DNA of 64,000 nt from Chthoniobacterales bacterium (GTDB lineage Bacteria; Verrucomicrobiota; Verrucomicrobiia; Chthoniobacterales; Chthoniobacteraceae), in assembly GCA_038207335.1 (NCBI GenBank), contig JBBQZX010000021.1:1-64000 (forward strand), in the 5' to 3' direction. The notes under the pieces were generated by a model. That model saw only the letters and a program-made list of their open reading frames with translations. It had not been told where the DNA came from and ran no database searches. Shown here piece after piece: positions 8,526-16,792 of the stretch. Each line of letters begins with the position of its first letter. The stretch's first letter is position 1. A program made the position numbers and the translations under genes.

Positions 8526-10718
8526 CTACCGCAGGAAGGCCTCGTGGAGGCCGCCGTCCACGGTGATGATTTGGCCGGTGGTTTTGCTGAGGCGCTGGCT
8601 GACGAGGAGGAAGTAGGCTTCGGCCTGGTCGGCGGGGGTGATGGGCGATTTGGTGAGGGTGCGGTCGGCGTAGAACTGCGCGAGCTTGGTGACGAGGGAG
8701 TCGGTCGCCTCGTCGTCCTTATAGGGGATGTTGTATTTCGCGAGGGAGCCGATGACGCGGTCGCGCGGGAACATGGCGCTGCCCTGCACGACGGTCGCGG
8801 GGGCGACGGCGTTGACGCGGACAAGCGGCGAGAGCTCCATGGCGAGCTCGCGGGTGAGGTGGTTGGCGGCGGCCTTCGAGCAGTCGTAGGCGACGCTGCC
8901 TTTCTTCGCGACGGCACCATTCGCGCTGGTGGTGAGGACGAGCGAACCGCGCAGGCCCTGTTCTTTCCAAGTCTTCGCGGCTTCGTCGCCGACGATGTAG
9001 CTGCCGGTGACATTGACGCCGAAGGTGAAGGCCCACTTGTCGTCGGGGATGTGGCCGGTGGTGTCGCTGGCCACGAAGACGCCCGCGGTGACGGCGATAT
9101 GATCGAAGCCGCCGTAGGCAAGCGCAACCTGATCGAGCATCGCGCGAACGCTGGCACGGTCGGTGATATTCGCCGCGAGGCCGAGCGCTGGGCCGCAACC
9201 GGAAATGCCGGTGCCGGCGACGCCGATGCCCTGCCCGAGCTTGTCGGTAAGCTCCTTCGCGGTCGCTTCGGCGGACGCAGCCTGCATGTCCACGCACACG
9301 ATCTGCGCGCCTTCTTTGGAAAGGCGATGCGCGGTTTCCTTGCCGATGCCGCTGCCGGCGCCGATGACGATCGCGACCTGCCGCGCGAGTTCTTTTTCGG
9401 CAGGCATGCGCTTCAGCTTCGCCTCCTCGAGCAGCCAGTATTCGATGTCGAAGGCCTCCTGCTGCGGCAGCGCGATGTATTCATCGATCGCCTCCGCGCC
9501 GCGCATCACTTCAACGGCGCAGTTGTAAAATTCGGCGGTCACGCGCGACTCCGACTTGTCCTTGCCCCACGCGACCATGCCGAGGCCGGGGATGAGCACC
9601 ACGGTCGGATTCGGGTCGCGCATCGCGGGCGAATTGTCGTGTTTGCACTTTTCGTAATACTTCGCGTAATCCTTGCGATAGCCCTCGAGCCCTTTGGTGA
9701 TCAGCTTCTTCAGCGCATCGAGGTCGTCCTTCTGTGGATTCCAATCAACGTAGAGCGGCTTGATTTTGGTGCGCAGGAAATGATCCGGGCAGCTTGTGCC
9801 AAGTTCGGCGAGCCGCGCGGCGTCCTTGGAATTGACGAAGCGCAGGATCTTCTCGTCGTCCTGCACGGTGCCAATGAAACGCTTCTGCTGCGAGACCTGT
9901 CCGCGCAGCCAGGGCAGGATTTGAGCAAGTGTCGCGCGGCGCTTTTCTTCGTCGAGAGACTGATATTTTTGCCCGCCGAAGGCCTTCGTGTCTCCGCCTT
10001 TCGCCTCGTATTTTTTCTCGATGAACTCGGCGGCTTTTTCGATGAGCGAGAGCGTGAGTTCGTAGCACGCCTTGTCGTCCTCGGCCCAGTTGATGAGGCC
10101 GTGCTGGCCCATGATGATCCCTTTCGCGTTCGGGAATTCGCTCACGATTTTCTGCATCTCGAGGCCAAGCTCGAAGCCGGGCCGCAGCCACGGCGTGTGG
10201 ATTACTTCGTCGCCGAAAATCTCCTTGGTCAGCGCGACGGAGTTGCGCGACGCAGCGACGGAGATGGCGGCATTTGGGTGCATGTGATCGACGTGCTTGA
10301 ACGGGATGAACGAGTGCAGAGGCGTATCGATTGAGGAGGGGCGCGGGTTCAGGTTGAAGGTCGTGTGCGAATACATGCCGACCATTTTGTCCTCGGCTTC
10401 GGTCTTTGCGCCGGTGCCTGGCAGCCCGGCGTAGAGCGGCTGCAACTCGAGGAGTTTCGACTGGTAGAGAGAGGAGAAATTTTCGCGCAGCGAGGTCCGC
10501 AGATCGCCGCCGGAGCCTTTGACCCACAGGACTTCCACGTCTTTGCCGCTGAGCGGATCGCGCTCCAAGATTTTCGAGGAAGTGTTGCCGCCGCCGGTGT
10601 TCGTGATGCGCTGGTCGGCGCCGAGGATGTTCGAGCGGTAGATGAGGCGGCCGACGGGATCGAGCGCTGCGGCTTTGGAGTCATCCCAGGAATGCGTGAC
10701 GTGCTTGAATGGTTTCAT
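8526..10718 (-). CDS. rhaEW: Bifunctional rhamnulose-1-phosphate aldolase / short-chain dehydrogenase (RhaEW/YuxG type)
   Basis: Class II aldolase N-domain (GGGNTSSK, KGSGGDL, PSSIDTPLH, DHMHP, CPDHFLRTK) fused to an SDR (GAGSGIG, YDCSK). Confidence 0.92.
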   Translation of the reverse strand: MKPFKHVTHSWDDSKAAALDPVGRLIYRSNILGADQRITNTGGGNTSSKILERDPLSGKDVEVLWVKGSGGDLRTSLRENFSSLYQSKLLELQPLYAGLPGTGAKTEAEDKMVGMYSHTTFNLNPRPSSIDTPLHSFIPFKHVDHMHPNAAISVAASRNSVALTKEIFGDEVIHTPWLRPGFELGLEMQKIVSEFPNAKGIIMGQHGLINWAEDDKACYELTLSLIEKAAEFIEKKYEAKGGDTKAFGGQKYQSLDEEKRRATLAQILPWLRGQVSQQKRFIGTVQDDEKILRFVNSKDAARLAELGTSCPDHFLRTKIKPLYVDWNPQKDDLDALKKLITKGLEGYRKDYAKYYEKCKHDNSPAMRDPNPTVVLIPGLGMVAWGKDKSESRVTAEFYNCAVEVMRGAEAIDEYIALPQQEAFDIEYWLLEEAKLKRMPAEKELARQVAIVIGAGSGIGKETAHRLSKEGAQIVCVDMQAASAEATAKELTDKLGQGIGVAGTGISGCGPALGLAANITDRASVRAMLDQVALAYGGFDHIAVTAGVFVASDTTGHIPDDKWAFTFGVNVTGSYIVGDEAAKTWKEQGLRGSLVLTTSANGAVAKKGSVAYDCSKAAANHLTRELAMELSPLVRVNAVAPATVVQGSAMFPRDRVIGSLAKYNIPYKDDEATDSLVTKLAQFYADRTLTKSPITPADQAEAYFLLVSQRLSKTTGQIITVDGGLHEAFLR

Positions 10719-10795
10719 GTGGGTTTTCGGTGGTGGGAAATTTTGCGGGGAGAGGAGACTTCACAGCCGGCGCGGCGTGTGCAAGTCAGTAGCCG

Positions 10796-11182
10796 ATGCG
10801 ACTCGATCAATGGCTCTGGGCGGTACGCGTTTTCAAGACGCGCGGCCTGTCGGCGGATGCGATCAAGACGGGGCGCGTGGAGGTGGATGGAAAGTCGAGT
10901 AAGCCTGCGCACACGGTGCGCGCGGGGGAGGTCGTGACGGCGCGGATGGAACATGGCGCGGCGGCTTGGACGCGGACGCTACGGGTGATCGATGCGCCAA
11001 AGTCGCGCGTCTGGGCGAAGCTTGTGGCGGATTTTGCGGACGACCTCACGCCGGAATCGGAGTGGGAGAAAATGCGGATTCGCGAGCCGATGCTGCTGCC
11101 GCCGGGGTTTCGTCCGCGCGGCGCGGGGAGGCCGACGAAGCGGGAGCGGCGGGAGACGGATCGGTTCGACGAGCCGATGTGA
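10796..11182 (+). CDS. hslR: S4-domain RNA-binding protein (Hsp15-like)
   Basis: MRLDQWLWAVRVFKTR...GRPTKRERR. Confidence 0.9.
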   Translation: MRLDQWLWAVRVFKTRGLSADAIKTGRVEVDGKSSKPAHTVRAGEVVTARMEHGAAAWTRTLRVIDAPKSRVWAKLVADFADDLTPESEWEKMRIREPMLLPPGFRPRGAGRPTKRERRETDRFDEPM

Positions 11183-11186
11183 TTTT

Positions 11187-11771
11187 TCAGCGACGGGCGA
11201 GCAAGCGCATCCATTCGCGTCCTTCGCGGCCGGGGTAGGCGCGGGTGGGGAGCCACTCGCGGAGGAGCGTGAAGCGGGGCGAAAAGAGCGCGTCGAGCTG
11301 CGGGATTGAGACTTCGAACGGCGGGCCTTCGTCGGGTGAATCGTTGCCGGGATCCAGGTAGAAAATCGCGAGGAGATGGCCGCCGGGCTTGAGCCCATCG
11401 GCTACGGCGGTGACGTAGGCGGCGCGTTGCGAGGGGTCGATCGCGCAGAAGCAGGTGTGCTCCCAGACCCAGTCGAATGCGCCGCGGAGCGCGGGCGGGA
11501 GGTTGAAAAGGTCGGCGAGTTCGTAGCGTTCGCCGGCGACTTTTGGAAGTGCGCGTGCGGCTTCGACGGCGGACGGCGCGATGTCGATTCCGAGGACTTC
11601 CTCCGCGGATGTGGCGAGCGCGCGGACATCGTGGCCGAGGCCGCAGCCGGGGACGAGGACGCGGCCGCGCATGGGACTTTCCGCGAGAAAATCGACGAGG
11701 CCGGGACACGGCGAGCCTTTGTCCCACGGGGTTTCCGCGCGACGGTAGTGGTCTTCCCAGTCGGTTGGCAT
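11187..11771 (-). CDS. TPMT-like / thiol-halide class I SAM methyltransferase
   Basis: WEDHY...TPWDKG, VLVPGCGLGHD, WEHTCFCAI, GPPF, GREGREW. Confidence 0.88.
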   Translation of the reverse strand: MPTDWEDHYRRAETPWDKGSPCPGLVDFLAESPMRGRVLVPGCGLGHDVRALATSAEEVLGIDIAPSAVEAARALPKVAGERYELADLFNLPPALRGAFDWVWEHTCFCAIDPSQRAAYVTAVADGLKPGGHLLAIFYLDPGNDSPDEGPPFEVSIPQLDALFSPRFTLLREWLPTRAYPGREGREWMRLLARR

Positions 11772-12520
11772 CAGGCGCGAATCCAAACGCTGGCTTGAGC
11801 GACGCTCCACTGAAATTTTCGCGCGTGTTCTCGGATGAGGAACGGGAGGTCTTTGGTTTCGCGCAGCTCGAAATTTGGTGAGAGCGCGGCCCGGAGGCCG
11901 TCGAGCGAGGTGACTGCGCCGCCTTCCAGCGCGACGCCGCCGAGCCAGTTTTCGCGCGGGGTGAATTGCTCGAGCCAGGTGTAGGGGGACGTGCAGATCA
12001 ACTGTCCGCCGGGCTTCACGAGCGATGCGAGCCGCGCGAGGCAGTGGCGCGGATTCGTGACGCGGTCGATGAGATTCGCGATGAGCACGATGTCGAATTC
12101 GCCGAGGTCGGGGCGCAAATTCATCGCGTCGCCGGTTTCGAATGTGACGCGCTTGCGGTCGATTTCAGCAGGGACTCGGGCGGTGAGCGGGGTGGTGAGT
12201 TCGCCTTCGTCGAGTCGGGAGTAGCTGAGCTGGCCGTGGTCGCGGAGGCGCGTGGAGGCTTCGATGAAGCGGTGTGAAAAGTCGATGCCGATGACGCTGG
12301 AGCAGTGGCGCGCGAGTTCAAATGTGGCGCGTCCGACGGCGCAGCCGAGATCGAGCCCGCGCGGACTGGCGGGCAGCGGGTGCACACATTCGCTAACCGA
12401 GCGAACGGCGAAATCGAGGGCTGTATGCGGGCCGAAGTCGAACGGCAGAATCTCCTCGGGAGTGCCGTAGTGGAAGAGGAGATACTCCGCGAGCAGGCGG
12501 TCGGTTTCGTAGATGTTCAC
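11771..12520 (-). CDS. Standalone OvoA C-terminal-like (putative 4-mercaptohistidine N1-) methyltransferase
   Basis: YETDRLLAEYLLFHYG, LDLGCAVGRATFELA, EGEL, GDAMNL, ANLIDR, SPYTWLEQFTP..NWLGG, FLIREHARKFQ are characteristic of the OvoA C-terminal domain. GTG start. Confidence 0.85.
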   Translation of the reverse strand: MNIYETDRLLAEYLLFHYGTPEEILPFDFGPHTALDFAVRSVSECVHPLPASPRGLDLGCAVGRATFELARHCSSVIGIDFSHRFIEASTRLRDHGQLSYSRLDEGELTTPLTARVPAEIDRKRVTFETGDAMNLRPDLGEFDIVLIANLIDRVTNPRHCLARLASLVKPGGQLICTSPYTWLEQFTPRENWLGGVALEGGAVTSLDGLRAALSPNFELRETKDLPFLIREHARKFQWSVAQASVWIRA

Positions 12521-12521
12521 G

Positions 12522-12956
12522 TTAGTCGCGCAGGATCGTGTTGGGGAGTTCGTCGGGGTTTTCGGGGTGCGGGGGGAAGTGGCGGGCGAGGACTTCACCG
12601 GCTTTTTTCACGGCGCCGATGACGGCCTCGGTAAAGTTTCCGGCAACGAGTTTTTCCCGGATTTCGGCGGCGGTTTCTTCCCAGAAACTTTGCCCGCATT
12701 TTTCATGGATCGCGGTGTCACCGATGACGGCGAATTTTTGCGACGCAGGCGCGAAGTAGATGAGCACGGCGTTGCGCTCGCGGGTTTTGCGCATTCCGAT
12801 TTTGTCGAAGCGCTGGGTGGCGCGCGCGACAGGATCATCGACCGTTTTTGCGGAAACCCAGACGCGAATTTCGCCGGAGGTGCGGGCCTCGGCTTCCGCG
12901 ATGGCGGCTTCGATTTTCTGCTCGTCGAGTAGGTTGAGGAATTCGCGAGGTTTCAT
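12522..12956 (-). CDS. TPM domain protein (short type)
   Basis: AIAEAEARTSGEIRV, NAVLIY, IGDTAIH, FPP...NPDELPN. Confidence 0.9.
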   Translation of the reverse strand: MKPREFLNLLDEQKIEAAIAEAEARTSGEIRVWVSAKTVDDPVARATQRFDKIGMRKTRERNAVLIYFAPASQKFAVIGDTAIHEKCGQSFWEETAAEIREKLVAGNFTEAVIGAVKKAGEVLARHFPPHPENPDELPNTILRD

Positions 12957-12960
12957 ATTT

Positions 12961-13764
12961 TCACCAGCTCCCTCCCGCGCCGCCGCCGCCGGAACTGCCG
13001 CCGCCGCCGGAGAACCCACCGCCTCCACCGCCGCCCGACCAGCCGCCGCCTCCGCTGCTCCAGCCGCCGCCGCTCCCCATCATCATCGGGAGAAGCATCC
13101 CGCCGCAGCCACTGCGCCGCCTGCGTCCCCCGAACGATTTTCCGCGACCGGATGCGGAGAAAATTCGCATGACGAACATGAGCAGCATGAAGCCGGCAAA
13201 AATCCAGAAGCTGTAACTTTCCTCCGAGTCGTGCCCATCGCCGGAAACGCTGCCGGTGCCTTTGTATTCGCCGCGCGTGGCGGCGATCATCGAATCGACT
13301 GCGGCGGTGATCCCGCCATCGAAATTCCCCGCCTTGAATGCGGGCTTCAGCTCCTCGTCGAGGATGCGCGCGCAGGTGGCGTCGGGGAGCGCGCCTTCGA
13401 GTCCGCGGCCGGTTTGAATCCACGTTTTGTGGTCGGTGACGAAGGCAAAGAGGATCGCGCCGTTGTCGAGTTTCGCCTGGCCGACTTTCCACGACATGAA
13501 CGTCCTCTGGGCAAAATCGGCGACGGAGGATTGCGTCTCCAGCTTTTGGAAAATGGCGACAACGATTTGATTCGAGGAGTCGCGCTCGAATTGGCGCAGT
13601 CGCGCATCGAGCTGCTGCACGGTGCCCGGCGAGAGCAGGTGCGCGTAGTCGTTGACGTAGCCCTGCGGCGGTGGCGGGAGCTTTTCCTCGGCGGAAAAAA
13701 GAGGGCCCGCGGCGAGGAGCAGCAGGACGGCGAGCAGCTCGAAAAGGCCGCGGCGATGGGTCAT
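12961..13764 (-). CDS. TPM domain protein (YgcG-like) with TM helix and Gly-rich tail
   Basis: VNDYAHLL, QIVVA, WKVG...DNG, GRGLEGALPD, and C-terminal GGGFSGGGGSSGGGGAGGSW. Confidence 0.92.
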   Translation of the reverse strand: MTHRRGLFELLAVLLLLAAGPLFSAEEKLPPPPQGYVNDYAHLLSPGTVQQLDARLRQFERDSSNQIVVAIFQKLETQSSVADFAQRTFMSWKVGQAKLDNGAILFAFVTDHKTWIQTGRGLEGALPDATCARILDEELKPAFKAGNFDGGITAAVDSMIAATRGEYKGTGSVSGDGHDSEESYSFWIFAGFMLLMFVMRIFSASGRGKSFGGRRRRSGCGGMLLPMMMGSGGGWSSGGGGWSGGGGGGGFSGGGGSSGGGGAGGSW

Positions 13765-14393
13765 TTCGGAGTGGCCTCGGGCGAGGGTGTGCCGAAGTTG
13801 AAGTTCACCTCGGGCGTGACGTCGGCGCCTGCGCGGGCTGTGAAATACGGCTTCGGCTGGAAGCCCATGGCGCCGGCGAAGAGCTTCGTGGGCATGGATT
13901 CGACGGCGGTGTTGTAGCCGCGCACGGATTCGTTGAAGCGCTCACGCTCGACGGAGATGCGGTTTTCCGTCCCTTCGAGCTGCGCCTGAAGGTCCCGGAA
14001 ATTCGAGTTGGCCTTGAGCTCCGGATATTTTTCGACGACGACGAGGAGCCGCGAGAGCGATGAAGAGAGGGCGTCCTGCGTCTGCTGGAACTGCTGGAGC
14101 GCGGCGGGGTCGGTCGGCGCGGTGTTCGGGTCGAGCTTTACGTTGGTTACTTGCTGGCGGGCTTTGACGACGTCGATGAGCGTTCCTTTTTCGAAATTGG
14201 CAGCGCCCTCGACGGTCTTGACGAGATTCGGTATGAGGTCGGCGCGGCGCTGATAGACGTTTTGCACGTCGGCCCAGCTTTTATCGACGCCCTGCTTGAG
14301 GGTGACGAGGCGGTTGTAACTGCCGCAGCCGGCGACGCAGAGGACGATAACGCCGAGGACGATGATGCCGAAAATGGTGAGTGCGCTTTTCAT
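13761..14393 (-). CDS. lemA: LemA family protein
   Basis: YNRLV, YQRRADLIPNLV, EKYPELKA, QLEGTENRI. Confidence 0.95.
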   Translation of the reverse strand: MKSALTIFGIIVLGVIVLCVAGCGSYNRLVTLKQGVDKSWADVQNVYQRRADLIPNLVKTVEGAANFEKGTLIDVVKARQQVTNVKLDPNTAPTDPAALQQFQQTQDALSSSLSRLLVVVEKYPELKANSNFRDLQAQLEGTENRISVERERFNESVRGYNTAVESMPTKLFAGAMGFQPKPYFTARAGADVTPEVNFNFGTPSPEATPK

Positions 14394-14580
14394 AGGGATG
14401 TGATGGAAGGTGAAACGTGCGGGGTGCTGGTGTTGGACTTCTGAAGGTGCGTGTGGCGTCGGGCGGGCGGGATTGAGAAGCGCGCTGCGCGCTTGCGTTG
14501 CGATGTTCGGTGTTGAGCGTGCGGGTGGCGCGTTGCACTCTGAGTGCGCGCTCATTTTCACAAAAACTTCCCTCTACTCA

Positions 14581-15231
14581 ATGCGCTTCGCTTCTCTCCT
14601 CTCGCTCGCTCTGCTCCTGTCGCCGATTGCCCGGGGACAGGATAAATCCGCGAGCATCACGCCGGCACACGAGTCGCTGTTGCGGGATGCGATGCGGCGG
14701 TTCGTGGTGCGGGATTGGGACAAGGCGCTCGAATTCATCGACAAGGCGGACGCGATGGACAAGCCGACGCCGGTGTCGCTGAACATCCGCGGGGCGATCG
14801 CGATCGAGCAGAAGCATTTCGACGAGGGGCGGAAACTTTGTCTGCAGGCGCTGAATGACGATCCGACGTTTTATCCGGCGCGGTTTAACCTGGCGGAAAT
14901 TCCTTTCGTGCAGGGAAAGTATGCGGAGGCGCGTCCGATGTTCGAGAAATTGCGCGACGAGAATCCTAAGGACGAGCTCGTGCAGTTCCGGATTTACATG
15001 ACGTATCTGCTGGAAAAGGACGACGACGCGGCGAAGCAGGAGCTGGATGGGATTCAGTTCTACAGCATGACTCCGGTTTATTATTTTGCCCACGCGGCGT
15101 GGGAGATGACGCACGGGAACAAGCCGGAAGCGCTGAAGTGGATCGAGCGCGGGAAGTATGTTTTTCCGCCGGGCGCGGTGCGGTTTTACGCGGATGTTTT
15201 CTACGATCTCGGTTGGATGGAAAGACCGTGA
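14581..15231 (+). CDS. Secreted TPR-repeat protein
   Basis: Signal peptide followed by TPR-like helices (ALNDDPTFYPARFNLAE). Confidence 0.75.
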   Translation: MRFASLLSLALLLSPIARGQDKSASITPAHESLLRDAMRRFVVRDWDKALEFIDKADAMDKPTPVSLNIRGAIAIEQKHFDEGRKLCLQALNDDPTFYPARFNLAEIPFVQGKYAEARPMFEKLRDENPKDELVQFRIYMTYLLEKDDDAAKQELDGIQFYSMTPVYYFAHAAWEMTHGNKPEALKWIERGKYVFPPGAVRFYADVFYDLGWMERP

Positions 15232-15256
15232 GTGGCAGGTGGGATCGGCGATCGGG

Positions 15257-16792
15257 CTACGGGCGCGTTACTTTCAACACGAGGAAACGCTGACCCGAGG
15301 GGCCTTGGGGAACGGTCGCTTTGATCGTTTGAGTCGTGCCGTCGTCGGCGAGGATTTGCTCGGTGACTCCTGCGCTGCTCCATGTGGTGAGCTGGTCGGA
15401 CCAGACGACGCCGGCGGTGATACCAGGGAGGTTTTTCAAGCGGGAGAAGGTGAACGTCAGGGAGCTGCCGGATTGGGCGACGATGGGGCCGGTGCTGTCG
15501 GGGAGGAGCGGGTTTTTGTTCGTTGCGAACTCTACGAGATTTTTCAGGCCGTCGCCGTCGGGGTCGGCGGTGTCGGCGGCGGCGGGGGCTTGCGCGGCGG
15601 TGAGGCTGCCGAATCGCTGGATTTTCCAAGCATTGATCGGCGAATCGACCAGTGAAACGGCGGCAGTGGGGGGCGTGCCGAGCGTGTAGGTGGAGGCGGA
15701 GGCGGTGAGGTTTAGCGTGACCGATTGGGTGCCGAGGATGGCGGGGTCGGCGGTCGGGGTGAGGGTGACGGTCGCGGTGGTTTGGTTCACGAGGATCGTG
15801 ACCGCGCCGCCGGTCGGGGAGAGCGTGTAGCGGGAGGCGGTGGCCTGGCCGGTGCCGGTGGAGGGGGAGAAATTCACGGTGAGTGTGCTCGTGGTGATAC
15901 CGGTGCGAGTGACGGTGAAAGTGCCGGTGTCGGTAGTGGCCATTTGCGCGCTCGCGTCGGTGGCGGCGATGGTGACTGTCGGGAGGTCGGAGCTGAGGGC
16001 GGTCGGGCCGGTCTGGTAATCGCCCAGGACCTGCTGGTCGGTGAGGGCGTAGTCGTAGATGCGGAATTCGTCGTAGGTCGCGTCGGTGTTGCTGTCGGCG
16101 GCCCAGTTCGAGCGGCCGAGCCAGACGTTCACGTCGGGCAGCGTGTCGGGGCCGAGGAGGGTGGTGATCGATTTGAGGAGTGCGCCGTTTTTGTAGAGCT
16201 TCCACGCGCCGTCTGCGTCGTCGTAGGTCACGACGATGTGGACTTTCTGTCCGAGCACGGTGGCGCCGACGGTATCGGCGATCGCGCCGCCGGTGAGGTC
16301 CGCGCCGCCGCGCTCGAGGCGCACGTCGTTCGCAGAGTTGATATTCGCGGTGACGAGGAGGTAGTCGATGCCGCGGAATGCGCCGCCGGGCACGGTGACT
16401 TCGCCGCTTTCATTCGATCCGAAATCGAGGAGGCGCGACCAGCTCAGCGCGCGGTTGACGGTGACCCACAGCTCGTAGGTCGCGCTCGAGTAGCCGGGGT
16501 AGTTCGTGCCCGAGCCGGAGGCGACGCCATTTGGCAGGTCGATGTACGCCGCTGACGCGGATGCGCCGCCGGGGACGCGGACCGCCGTGCCGTTTGCTGT
16601 GGCGCCCGCGCCTCGGATGGTGGCGTTTGCGGTGCCCGCGGAGTCGGCGATGACCGCGCCATCCGCGAGCGCGCCGGTCGCGTTTGAAAAGCTGTAGCGA
16701 TGCACCGGCGGGATGGTGATCGGCTGCTGCGCGAAGACGCCAGTCGCGAAAAGCGCGAGAGCGACGGCGAAAATGAAACGTCGTGCGCTCAT
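15257..16792 (-). CDS. Secreted LamG-like jellyroll + Calx-beta-like protein with verrucomicrobial C-terminal domain
   Basis: Signal peptide, HRYSF, WSRLLDFG, WLGRSNW, DEFRIYDYAL, and DPDGDGLKNLVEFA. ATGA overlap with the upstream stop. Confidence 0.8.
   Translation of the reverse strand: MSARRFIFAVALALFATGVFAQQPITIPPVHRYSFSNATGALADGAVIADSAGTANATIRGAGATANGTAVRVPGGASASAAYIDLPNGVASGSGTNYPGYSSATYELWVTVNRALSWSRLLDFGSNESGEVTVPGGAFRGIDYLLVTANINSANDVRLERGGADLTGGAIADTVGATVLGQKVHIVVTYDDADGAWKLYKNGALLKSITTLLGPDTLPDVNVWLGRSNWAADSNTDATYDEFRIYDYALTDQQVLGDYQTGPTALSSDLPTVTIAATDASAQMATTDTGTFTVTRTGITTSTLTVNFSPSTGTGQATASRYTLSPTGGAVTILVNQTTATVTLTPTADPAILGTQSVTLNLTASASTYTLGTPPTAAVSLVDSPINAWKIQRFGSLTAAQAPAAADTADPDGDGLKNLVEFATNKNPLLPDSTGPIVAQSGSSLTFTFSRLKNLPGITAGVVWSDQLTTWSSAGVTEQILADDGTTQTIKATVPQGPSGQRFLVLKVTRP

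Noticed and set aside
8457..10334. 625-aa plus-strand ORF
   Set aside because: Antisense shadow of the rhaEW-type gene, explained by codon bias.
11771..12520. Complete ovothiol or ovoselenol gene cluster
   Set aside because: No sulfoxide/selenoxide synthase, lyase or selD in the window.
12965..13080. GGC/GCC-rich repeat
   Set aside because: Encodes the ordinary Gly-rich tail of TPM proteins.
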